Assembly: GCF_006345805.1 (NCBI RefSeq) | Contig: NC_043020.1 | Location: 5,580,001-5,644,000, forward strand | From: Octopus sinensis | Lineage: Eukaryota | DNA: 64,000 nucleotides | Direction: 5' to 3' | Shown: positions 51,198-62,735 of the stretch, piece by piece | How positions within the stretch are numbered: the first letter of the stretch is position 1 | How the letters are laid out: each line of letters begins with the position of its first letter | Notes under the pieces: generated by a model | What the model saw: the letters and a program-made list of their open reading frames with translations, nothing else | Told to the model about the DNA's origin: nothing | Database searches by the model: none | Made by a program: the position numbers and the translations under genes

Positions 51198-51614
51198 AAA
51201 TATTCGAAAAATTTTTGGGGAAAATTTTTGGTGAAAATTTTCGAAAAATTTTCGGCAAAAATTTTTGGGGAAAATTTTCGGTGAAAATTTTCGAAAAATT
51301 TTCGGCAAAAATTTTTTGGTTAAATTTTCGGTGAAAATTTTCGAAAAATTTTTGGGCAAAATTTTCGGTGAAAATTTTCGAAAAATTTTTGGGCAAAATT
51401 TTTGGTGAAAATATTCGAAAAATTTTTGGGGAAAATTTTTGGTGAAAATTTTCGAAAAATTTTCGGCAAAAATTTTTGGGGAAAATTTTCGGCAAAAATT
51501 TTTTGGTAAAATTTTCGGTGAAAATTTTCGAAAAATTTTTGGGCAAAATTTTCGGTGAAAATTTTCGAAAAATTTTTGGGCAAAATTTTTGGTGAAAATA
51601 TTCGAAAAATTTTC
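51198..51614. repeat. A4-5T4-5 palindromic satellite, unit about 37 bp
   Basis: Consensus GAAAATTTTCGAAAAATTTTTGGGCAAAATTTTCGGT with occasional extra subunits. Confidence 0.95.
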
Positions 51615-51764
51615 ACGCTTTCGTCATCTCGCATAAATTTTATACTTCACTAGAGTGAAAAGGTTAATAGGTTACGGAAACAAAACAGCGAAGGGAGAAA
51701 TATGTGTGGGCGTACATATAAATCATGCGTGCGCGCGTGTGTGCGTGTGTATGTGTGTGTGTGA

Positions 51765-51795
<31 letters not shown>

Positions 51796-52183
51796 TGTGT
51801 AAGAAAGAGAAAGAGAGAGGAAGTTTCATTCAGGGAATATGGAACAAGGTCAATGATGTCTGTCGTCTGCTTAAACAAAACTCATCAAAACTAATTAAGT
51901 ACATATTAAACCTTATTAAATTTCAAAGAACATTATATAGATTGTTCTCAACATTTTTCGAAACGAGATTAAGTAAATATTTTAATTAAATTTCTCTGAA
52001 ATTATTGGACTCAGGTGTTCCTGAACTAATTGATTGATTCTTGAATTAAAAAGGAACGAATCAGCTATTTTACAACACATGCACACATACATATTTACAT
52101 AGTCACCCACAATCATTCATGAACGTATAAATGTATGTATATACGTGCAAACATACATGATTTATATCTCCCTCTCTCGAAAA

Positions 52184-52214
<31 letters not shown>

Positions 52215-52415
52215 TGTATGTATGTATGTATGTATGTATGTATGTATGTATGTATGTATGTATATATATATAGGGGAAGAGTTCACGAAAAAAAAAGACG
52301 AAGATAGGTGGTGTACAAAACAAACAGATGTATTAGCATATATGTATTAGTATATATATATATATATCTATATGCATATGTATAGGAAAGTATCTTTGTA
52401 CATCTTTGAACAACC

Positions 52416-53336
52416 ATGGAAAACACCACTTTATACACGCTCCATTATCGCTGTTCGTTCAATCCAATGCACGATATCAATGAAACATTTGAGATAATAA
52501 TTTTGTTTCCCATAGTTTTCTTCAACCTCCTCACAGTTATTTGTATTTTCAAGTACCCAACATTACGAAATTACACCAATATGTTCGTAGCGAGCCTTGC
52601 CTCAGGCGACATTGCATACGGAATGTTAGCCCTGATGCCAGCAGTCACCATCAAATACTCAAATGGTACCTCAAGATCGTTTTGTATTTTAGTATTATCA
52701 ACAAATTTCTGTTCGGCCTACTTGTCTCTCAGCAATCTAACGTTGCTCTCCATTGAACGGTACATTGCAGTAGTTATGCCATTTAAATATAACATTTACG
52801 TGACAAAGCAGACGACCAGCGCCGCCATTTTGCTTGCTTGGTTGGGAAATATATTGGTTACGGTCACCATGTCGTTTTTCATGAAATGGGAAAATGTGAC
52901 GACCTGTACATTTGAAAACATTTACCCAAAATGGATCAACTCGTTCGTTTTTATTACCGGCTTTCTGTATATTATTATAACTATTTTCTTTTATGTAAAG
53001 GTGATGTGGATAGCAAGGAAACAGTTGCGAGCGATTGGCCCCAGTTCAAAAACAAACAATTCAGAAGCAGATGAGATAAACAAGGCAAAGATGATGATGA
53101 TAATTTTCGGCTTTTTTATATGTTGCTATATTCCTGTTGTGGCTTTGAAAGTCATAGAATATATGTCCAAATCACACAAAAGATTTAAAGTCCTCAAATG
53201 TCTCTCAACTTTCTTCATTAAGATCAACTATTTCATTAATTTTTTCGTCTATAATATCTGCAGTAAACAGTTCCGAAAGGCCACCAAACATTTCTTGTGT
53301 TGCAACAAACTAAGACTTTCCTCCAACCAACATTGA
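52416..53336 (+). CDS. Intronless class A GPCR, 306 aa (tandem paralog 1)
   Basis: Seven TM segments; LASGD (TM2), C90, SIERY (TM3), W142, C164, CCYIP (TM6), INFFVY (TM7), helix-8 FRK and C-terminal CC; intact ORF. Confidence 0.95.
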   Translation: MENTTLYTLHYRCSFNPMHDINETFEIIILFPIVFFNLLTVICIFKYPTLRNYTNMFVASLASGDIAYGMLALMPAVTIKYSNGTSRSFCILVLSTNFCSAYLSLSNLTLLSIERYIAVVMPFKYNIYVTKQTTSAAILLAWLGNILVTVTMSFFMKWENVTTCTFENIYPKWINSFVFITGFLYIIITIFFYVKVMWIARKQLRAIGPSSKTNNSEADEINKAKMMMIIFGFFICCYIPVVALKVIEYMSKSHKRFKVLKCLSTFFIKINYFINFFVYNICSKQFRKATKHFLCCNKLRLSSNQH

Positions 53337-53597
53337 TATCTTTTGTTTTTTACACTGAAATCAAACAACTGGATGACTCGGATTACAAACATGAACATAC
53401 AAGGTTCTTCACTTGCAAGACGGAGAGGTTTAAACTACAGGAAACTGTTTATGAATTTTCCTAACATCGTGTACCCCATAACTATAGTTTATTGACAAAT
53501 CACTTGCTACCCCGATTTTAATAATACGTTAATTGTCGCAAAAAAAAATGTTTTAAAGATTTTATTTGAAAACGTATGAAAATTTAACTTTGAAATT

Positions 53598-54333
53598 ATG
53601 GAAGACATTTTTGTATTAAGTGTTTCTTTATCTTGCAAAACACCAGTATTTCTTTTCACGATATCCACATCTCAGAACACAACACAACATTACCTCGTGC
53701 ATCTCTGTACACTTTGGGAGAACATATACACCACGGGATCTAGGAAACTAGCATTATCCCGTTTATGGCTCGGAAAGGACGTTGAACTCGGAAAAGGACG
53801 TGTGGTAGAAGCCATAGCCACTCATAATAAAATGCAATACTGGTGGAATGTACCAATGAAGACCTCAATAAAATGTAAGCACATCAAACCTCATATAATG
53901 ATTTGGGATAGAGAAGAGAAACTGTGCACAGTTGCAGAAATTGGCTGCCCAGCTGATGTTAACATAAAGCTGAAGATCAGTGACAAAGAGAATGCCTACG
54001 CTGAACTATTGAGAAATCTGCAGTTACTCTATCTAAACTACAAGTTCAGGTTTATACCTGTAATTATTGGGGCATTGGGATATGTAATACACTGCCTAAA
54101 TACCAATCTTGAGAAATTTGGCTTCTCAAAACCAGAAAGGAGAAAGCTACTTCGAAGACTACAGATCCAATCCATCACTGGAACTATAAAAATCTTTAAA
54201 ACTTTCCAGAATTTTATCCTTTAAGTATATATATATATATATAACTATATGCATGAGAATACATACATAAAACATACAAATCTGCACATACACACATACA
54301 TACATACATACATACATACATACATACATACAT

Positions 54334-54402
<69 letters not shown>

Positions 54403-54519
54403 TATATACAAAAATACACTGTTGTTGATGTTGAAATTCCAATACAGAAGCCTTAGATCCAGATTAGAAGCTGGTTCTTTCTCTATTGGTAAGAAATCTT
54501 GAAATAAACTGAATAATAA
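53598..54519 (+). mobile_element. R4/Dong-like (restriction-like endonuclease) LINE 3' fragment, copy 1
   Basis: KCKHIKPHIMIWDREEKLCTVAEIGCP...KENAY...IPVIIGALG is the PD-(D/E)xK endonuclease domain with PD changed to PH; the 3' UTR contains (TACA)n and ends aataaactgaataataa. The 5' boundary is uncertain; homology is clear only from about 53808. Confidence 0.8.
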
Positions 54520-54557
54520 CCTACGCAGACGCACGCGCGTGTACACAGACATACATA

Positions 54558-54955
54558 TCTTTATATATAAAAGTGACGCTGTGTGCTGTCTGTCTCTTAC
54601 AATTTAGATTCCTAACTACTCCCACATTTTGCGGTGCAGTTTAACCAAAACCGGGTATCTTATTGTCGTGATTCATATCGAGCCCTTCTGTGTATTAGCG
54701 CGCGTCTACGATGAGTCTACGATTTTAAAAAAATTTACCATCAATTTTTCCCATTTTTAATGCATTTTTGGCATATATAAGGGAAGTAACTCTCTAAAAA
54801 TGTATTATTAAATCTCAGAACGTAAAAAGCTACAGTAACACCCCCCCCCCTTTGTGTTTAGCCATATTGAGATGGCTATTATACTTTACATCTCTAAAAA
54901 TGCTTATATAGTTATTTCTCTTACAAACCCGAGCAACGCCGGGCGATACTGCTAG
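54558..54955 (+). mobile_element. Non-autonomous Helitron (398 bp) with an empty paralogous site
   Basis: A|TCTTTATATAT...CCCGAGCAACGCCGGG...CTAG|T; the duplicated block lacks it exactly between A62772 and T62773, with no TSD. Confidence 0.93.
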
Positions 54956-55004
54956 TATAATATAATAAAATTTAAAACCGTTATCATTATTTTCATTCTT
55001 ATTC

Positions 55005-55370
55005 TTTTTAACACAGGTTTTGTTGAAATTCTGGAGTGTTGAATGCGCCGCGGGAATGCTGCCTGCAGCCTACGGTACCATGTTGTCCTTTTGAACTATC
55101 TAATACTTTCCTGGTGATTCTGGCCGTGCCAAAGAAGCAAACTGTTTTGTTGCAGTTCTACTAGGCACAATATTCTGATTTCCTTGATATTCCTCTTGAT
55201 GCCTTCTTGTACTTTTCCCCCAAGGACCCAACAATAACAGCACTCTCTCCACATTCTGCACACTCTCCAATTTTTGCATGGTGCACATTCCTGCAATTTT
55301 TCCTGTGATCGGTCGTTCGTCTTCGACAAATTATCTGAAGGAACCCTGACGTAGCAAACAACTATCAAAA
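55005..55370 (-). mobile_element. Decayed RLE-type LINE 3' fragment (partial second copy at ~62825-63076)
   Basis: Minus-strand frames give VIVGSLG...EIRILCLVELQ...GTARITRKVL, matching the C-terminal LQK..LLGTARILRKVL-type motif of RLE LINEs. Confidence 0.6.
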
Positions 55371-55417
55371 AAATTTATTTTCTATATTATTACCACCAAC
55401 ATGATAATTATAATAAA

Positions 55418-55958
55418 CTAGTTGGCCCCGTACCGTCAATAATGACGGCTAATTGTAGTATTAAATATATTTAAGGTACAAAATAATTGGATACAAACAT
55501 TCACATACTTCTCTTGTACACGCATGCGCATAAACATATATGTCCAAGCAGAGTTGAAAGGCTGTTTGATTTTTATTTTTAAGCGTTGAATGTTCAGCAT
55601 CACACTTTCATTACAGACACACACACACACACACACACAAACAAGCAATTACATGACTCCTTTTTACATACACACAAACACATACTCATGCAGAGTTGAA
55701 ACACTTCGATGTTTTCCCCCACTGTAGCTTCCACAGAGAGGGGCTAAACACGGAGGGGACAAACAAGGACAGACAAACGGGATAAAGTCGATTACATCGA
55801 CCCCAGTGTGCAACTGGTACTTAATTTATCGACCCCGAAATTTATCGACCCATTACCAAGTTTGCCATCACCCCTTCCTTCTTTATTCATCTATCACCCC
55901 TTCCTTTCTCATTTATATGTTGTGACGGAGAAATACACAAGAGTTTTATTATAGTAGA
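55418..55958 (-). mobile_element. Non-autonomous Helitron of the same family as 12736-13138, carrying a SINE-B fragment (~55712-55850)
   Basis: Colinear with 12736-13138 end to end; A|TC start; CCGTCA/TGACGG hairpin and CTAG|T end. Confidence 0.85.
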
Positions 55959-58475
55959 TAAATGTTCATCTTAATAATTAATGTTGGGTTCCAATTAAGT
56001 CGTGAATCTAGTAGAAACGTTAGCACACCGGACAAAACGCTTTGCGGCATTTCGTCCGTCTTCACGTTCCGTCGAGATCTTTCATCCTTTCGCGGTCGAT
56101 AAAACAAGGACCAGTTCAGCAATGGGATCGATGTAATCGCCTTACGTCCTCACTCAGAAATTTGTTTGCCTTATTTCAAAATTTGATAACAATATTGTTC
56201 TTTTCTTCACTCATTCTTTTATCAGAAGCATCTTTTCTACTCTAGGAACAAGGCCCGAAATTTTGGGGGAGGAGGCCAGTCGATTAGATGGACTCCAGTA
56301 CGCAACTGGCACTTAATTTATCGACCCCGAAAGGATGAAAGGCAAATTCGACCTCGGCAGAATTTGAACTCTGAATGTAAAAACAGACGAAATACCACTA
56401 TGCATTTCGCCCGGCGTGCTAACGTTTCTTATTTCTTTACTACCCACAGGGGCTAAACACAGAGGGGACAAACAAGGACAGACAAACGGATTAAGTCGAT
56501 TATATCGACCCCAGTGCGTAACTGGTACTTATTTAATCGACTCCGAAAGGATGAAAGGCAAAGTAGACCTCGGCGGAATTTGAACTCAGAACGTAACGAC
56601 AGACGAAATACCTATTTCTTTACTACCCACAAGGGGCTAAACACAGAGGAGACAAACATGGACAGACAAACGGATTAAGTCAATTATATCGACCCCAGTG
56701 CGTAACCGGTACTTAATTTATCGAACCCGAAAGGATGAAAACAAAGTCGACCTCGGCGGAATTTGAACTCAGAACGTAACAGCAGACGAAATGCCTCTAA
56801 GCATTTCGCCCAGCGTGCTAACGTTTCTGCCAGCTCGCCACCTTTTATCCGAAGCATCTTGAAGTTTAAACCTTGTCGTTATAATTAGTGGCCGTCGTTA
56901 TAATTAGTGGCCGACATCATATTTTCGTTATAATTGGAGACTCTGTCATTATAATAGGTAAGCCCCTACTAAAGAATAGCAGCAATCTACCCTCGACTAC
57001 AAAAATTACACGTCTTCTCAACCACTTACTCCAAAATTATTTATTTCTCGGTAAACTTTTAGCGTGTGGTGGTCGCTAATAAAGACGTCAGCACTTTAAT
57101 AATTGGACTGAATCATTAATTCAATAACCATGAAATACCTCAGTGCAATAGGAATTACAACCGTGTTTCGTGGTCTGCTACCACAACAGCTCCTTTATAG
57201 GATCCAGTTAGCTCAAGACATCATCAGGAGGAACCACATCCGGTTTCGGCCCCTACTCCTCTACCGTTTTGACGTAGCGCCCCCCTCCTTTCGGAGGTGT
57301 CTTCAGTTCTGGTGCTGGGTGCATGTCTTCTTTCTTCTGTTCCCTGGCCTCTTCGATGTATCGTCAGCGAGTGTCAGCCGGTGACTCACTGACTTGTCAA
57401 ATTTTTCCCTTTAAATACCTGCCGCATAGGCTCCAGCAGGCAACCCCAGCAAGTTGTCACGTGGCACTGTCTCTCCTTAACTGACTAGTGAAGGCGCGTA
57501 ATTTTGGCCCGCGCATTTTCTAAACGACTGTCACCTGTCAGTCAGGTGACGGTGTATGAATAACTTCATATTCAGTGTTTTATTCTGACATGTGATAAAT
57601 GAACGTGTACAGTGAATACACAATATTCAATAAAGATTTCTGGGTAGAAGAAAGGTTTCGAACAACTTGCCTTGTTCCATGATGACTTTGAGTAGAACTA
57701 AATCAAGCTACGAGATTTACTTTCCACAGGCTCTAGACACATGTTGAACTAATGCTAGGAAATCAAATATCGAATTCATGTGCCTGGTTCTCTCTAAGTC
57801 GCGATGAACCTTTGTCGTATCTCGAAGAAGCAGCAGAGAAGAAAGTTAGAGAAGAGAGGCTGATTTAAGCGGGAATACCGCTTAAATAGGCGATGTTCTA
57901 TTAGCGACCTCCAGCGCATTATTTTGAGGTTATGCGTAGTACATTAGCAAATTTTTCCCTTTAAATACCTGCGGCTAGGCTCCAGCAGGCATCCCCACCA
58001 AGTTGTCTCGTGACACTGTCTCACCTTAACTGACTAGTGAAGGCGCGTAGTTTTAGCCCGAGCATTTAATCACGTTAGCTTCGAATATTCTGGAATCTTC
58101 TAGATTGTTTTTGACCGGGAGAGATAGCTGTCGTTGATTCCCAACGAATATTTTGTGGGTTTGCGAATCTGCTTCAGTTAGCGTTGCCCAAAAACTTATC
58201 GAATCTGTACGTAATCAACAACCATCACCTTTTGGAAACGAAGGCAACCACGTGGAACCGACACACTGGGCTCCCGCGAATGTCTACAAAATTTCTAAAG
58301 TATGGGATTGCTTTATTGTTAAGTCAGTTTAATTAGTTTTAACAATCACTGTCTTGGTTTCAGTCTTCTACTATAGTCGGAGCCGACCGAAGCCTTGTGA
58401 TTGAATTTCACAAAAGGAAACCGAAAGAAACCAGGCGTACGTGTGAGCGAGAGAGTATATGTGCGCGCGTGCGTG

Positions 58476-58523
<48 letters not shown>

Positions 58524-58919
58524 TCGCCCCGACCACCGATAGAGAACTGGTGCTGGTGTTTTTATGGTTCAGTAAAAGAGACCGATAGAATAAGTAGCAG
58601 AAAAGAAGTTCTTCAAGGCGGTGCTCCAGCATGGCCGCAGTTTAATGAATGAAACAGTTAAAATATAAAAGGAAAAAGTTAATATATGCTTCAGATGGTG
58701 TAGATTCCGATTATATCGGAATTTCTTGCGGAAAACATTTTTCGGAGAGGAGTTTCGGAAAATTCATACGGGTTGGCTTTGTTTCCTCCTAACTTTCAGA
58801 AAAACGGTTATTTAAAAATGTTGGTCGCTTCAACACATACATTCTGGCACACATCACAAATATCTACAAAATGAAACTCGTAAATTTTGAAAAAAGAAAA
58901 TTGTGTTATGCATCAGCTT

Positions 58920-59106
58920 TAAGGGTCTCGCGAAAAGCCTGACTGGAGGCCCAACTTTCCAAGTTCTTTTACAAGGCTCAGAAAAACTGAAGGAATGCTG
59001 CAATAAGTGTGTGAATCTGAGAGGGAAATGTGTAGAATAAAATCATAACTGATCTTCCTGTATTTTCTTTTACCTAAAACCAGGAACTTTTCCGCACCCC
59101 ATCGTA
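58920..59106 (+). mobile_element. mariner transposon 3' remnant
   Basis: QGSEKLKECCNKCVNLRGKCVE* resembles the mariner transposase C-terminus; followed by the TIR-like ccaggaacttttccgcaccccatcg and TA. Confidence 0.7.
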
Positions 59107-59120
59107 TGTGTGTAATCTCA

Positions 59121-59192
<72 letters not shown>

Positions 59193-60140
59193 TCTTTCAT
59201 ATCAAATTCCGATATAATCGTCACCAACACCATCTAAAAGGTATTTGTAGAAAATTTCATTTTAAAAAATACCCATTTTTCTAAAAGTTAAAACGAAATA
59301 AAGTCGGCGGGCAAACAGGTCAAAGTAAGCCACGAACGCTTGTGTTAGATTAGAGAACTTCTGGAAAACACTGATACACATTGCATTTAAAAAAGATCAT
59401 TATTTTTATCCTTTTTTCTTTTTTCTTTCCAGAATCATGATCATGGCCCTATTTTGCAACCGAAAATTATCTGTTAGAGGTCGTCTGTGCCTCATTGTTT
59501 CTCACTACCCAATTTTTTTTTTTAGGGAAGGAGGAGTATGCGCTTGTTCATTATTGTGGAGAGTTGGAGTCATTATTGTGTAAAGTTGGACAAAATGCCA
59601 AGCGGTTATCCTAGAATAAAAAGCGTTGCTAGGTTACGGAAATAAGTGGACGAAGAACGAAATATTCGTGTTTGTGTGCGTGTCAGTTTAAGAAGTATGA
59701 AACACTGTCTGTGATGGTTGTGCTCGGGCTTAGAAAAACACATCAAAGCTAATTAAACACCATAAATCTTATTAAATTTCAAAGAACATTGTATAGATTG
59801 TTGCCGAACTTTATTTAGAAAAGATTAAGCAGGTATTTCAAAGAAATTTCTCTCGAATTATTGGACTCAGGTGTTCCAGGCCTAATTGATTGCATGATTC
59901 CAGAGTAAGAATGGACAAATTAGGAATTTTGCAATACACGCACGAACACACACACACACACACACACATACACACAAAACACGCGCACATAATCATGTTT
60001 GAATGTATAAGTGTATGTATCAATGTGTACACCTACATGTTCTCTCTCTCTGTCTCTCATTCCGTCTCTCGAAATATATATATATATGTGTGTATATATA
60101 TATGTATATATATATGTATATATATCTATCTATCTATCTA

Positions 60141-60201
<61 letters not shown>

Positions 60202-60224
60202 GTATGTATATATATATGTATGCA

Positions 60225-60255
<31 letters not shown>

Positions 60256-60264
60256 GTATGTATG

Positions 60265-60297
<33 letters not shown>

Positions 60298-60347
60298 ATG
60301 TATATATATATATATTATATATATATATATGTATATGTGTGTATATA

Positions 60348-60385
<38 letters not shown>

Positions 60386-60458
60386 TATATATAATATATA
60401 TATATTACACATACACATATATATATAAGAGATTGTCTTTCTACTGAAATGCACAAAT

Positions 60459-61379
60459 ATGGAAAACACAACTTTATTCATGCTCCAATTTCGCTGTTCG
60501 TTCCATCCAATGGATTATATCTCTTTAACATTTGAAATATTATCTTTGTTTCCCATAGTTTTCTTCAACCTCCTCACAGTTATTTGTATTTTCAAGTACA
60601 TAACATTACGAAATTACACCAATATGTTCGTAGCGAGCCTTGCCTCAGGCGACATTGCATACGGAATGTTAGCCTTGATACCAACAATCACGGCGAAATT
60701 ATCTAATAGTGCCTCGAGATCGCTTTGTATTTTAATAATATCAACAAATTTCTGTTCGGCCTACTTGTCTCTCAGCAATCTAACGTTGCTCTCCATTGAA
60801 CGGTACATTGCAGTAGTTATGCCATTTAAATATAATATTTACGTAACAAAGCAGACGACCAGCGCCGCCATTTTGCTTTCTTGGTTGGGAAATATATTGC
60901 TTACGGTCGTCATATCGCTTTACAGTGGACGGGAGAGTGTGACGATTTGTTCATTTGAAAACATTTACCCAAAATGGATCAACTCGTTCATTTTTTTTAC
61001 CGGCTCTCTGTATATTATCATAACTGTTTTCTTTTATGTAAAGGTGATGTGGATAGCAAGGAAACAGTTGCGAACGATTGGCCCCAATACAAAAACAAAC
61101 AATTCAGAAGCAGACGAGATAAACAAGGCAAAGATGATGATGCTAATTTTCGGCTTTTTTATATGTTGCTATATTCCTGTTGTGGCTTTAAAAGTCATAG
61201 AATATATGTCCAAATCAAACGAAAGATATACCGTCGTCAAATGTCTCACAACTTTCTTCATTAAAATCAACTATTTCATTAATTTTTTCGTCTATAATGT
61301 CTGCAGTAAACAGTTCCGAAAGGCCACCAAACATTTCTTGTGTTGCAACAAGCTAAGCCTTTCCTCCAACCAACATTGA
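60459..61379 (+). CDS. Intronless class A GPCR, 306 aa (tandem paralog 2)
   Basis: Colinear with 52416-53336 without indels; 256/306 residues identical by hand alignment; same motifs; intact ORF. Confidence 0.95.
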   Translation: MENTTLFMLQFRCSFHPMDYISLTFEILSLFPIVFFNLLTVICIFKYITLRNYTNMFVASLASGDIAYGMLALIPTITAKLSNSASRSLCILIISTNFCSAYLSLSNLTLLSIERYIAVVMPFKYNIYVTKQTTSAAILLSWLGNILLTVVISLYSGRESVTICSFENIYPKWINSFIFFTGSLYIIITVFFYVKVMWIARKQLRTIGPNTKTNNSEADEINKAKMMMLIFGFFICCYIPVVALKVIEYMSKSNERYTVVKCLTTFFIKINYFINFFVYNVCSKQFRKATKHFLCCNKLSLSSNQH

Positions 61380-61704
61380 TGTCTTTTGCTTTTTGCACTG
61401 AAATCAAACAACTGGATGACTCGGATTACAAACATGGACATACAAGGTTCTTAACGTGCAAGACTACAGGAAACCTTTTTACACGGAAATTAAAGCATGA
61501 AAATATTGGAATCGCCTCAAAGAACCCTAAATTTATTTTAACTGGCAACTCTTTTATGATTTTTTCCTAAAATCGTGTACCATTTCGCTATAATTTATTG
61601 ACAAATCACTCACTACCCTAATTTTAATAATATGTTAATTGTCACAAAAAAAAAATGTTTTAAAGATTTTATTTGAAAACGTATGAAAATATAACTTTGA
61701 AATT

Positions 61705-62735
61705 ATGGAAGACATTTTTGTATTGAGCGTTTCTTTATCTTGCAAAATACCAGTATTTCTTTTCACGATATCCAAGTTTCAGAACACTACACAACATTAC
61801 CTCGTGCATCTCTGTACACTTTGGGAGAACATATACACCACGAGATCTAGGAAACTAGCATTATGCGTCTAGGGCTCGGAAAGGACGTTGAACTCGAAGA
61901 AGGACGTATGGTAGAAGCCACCAGTGAAGACCTCAATAAAATGTAAGCACAACAAACCTCATATAATGATTTGGGATAGAGAAGAGAAACTGTGCACAGT
62001 TGTGGAAATTAGCTGCCCAGCTGATGTTAACATAAAGCTGAAGATCAGTGACAAAGAGAATGCCTACGCTGAACTATTGAGAAATCTGCAGTTACTGTAT
62101 CTAGATTACAAGTTCAGGTTTATACCTGTAATTATTGGGGGCATTGGGATTTGTAACATACTGCCTAAATACCAATCTTGAGAAATTAGGCTTCTCAAAA
62201 CCAGAAAGGAGAAAGCTACTTCGAAGATTACAGATCCAATCCATCACTGGAACTATGAAAATCTTTAAAACTTTCCAGAATTTTATCCTTTAAGTATATA
62301 TAAGCATGTTTAGATATGTAACTATATGCATGAGAATACATACATAAAACATACAAATCTGCACATACATACATACATACATACATACATACATACATAC
62401 ATACATACATACATACATACATACATACATACATACATACATACGTACGTACGTACATACATACATACATACATACATACATAATACATACATACATACA
62501 TACATACATACATACATACATACATACATACATACATACATACATACATACATACGTACGTACTTATGTACGTACATACATACATACATACATACATACA
62601 TACATACATACATACATACATACATACATACATACAATGTTGTTGATGTTGAAATTCCAATATAGAAGCCTTGGATCCAGATTAGAAGCTGGTTTTTTCT
62701 CTATTGGCAAGAAATCTTGAAATAAACTGAATAAT
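61705..62735 (+). mobile_element. R4/Dong-like LINE 3' fragment, copy 2 (co-duplicated with the GPCR)
   Basis: Colinear with 53598-54519; same PD-to-PH change; additional 38-bp deletion at about 61921. Confidence 0.8.

Noticed and set aside
53598-54224. 208-aa ORF downstream of GPCR 1 as a host gene
   Set aside because: It is the endonuclease end of an R4/Dong-like LINE with a mutated catalytic PD motif; the paralogous copy is frameshifted.
57150-57310. Two further hammerhead candidates on the minus strand (CUGAAGA and CUGAUGA followed by GAAA)
   Set aside because: Stem I cannot be formed, and the base of stem II and the NUH site do not fit; at most degenerate remnants.
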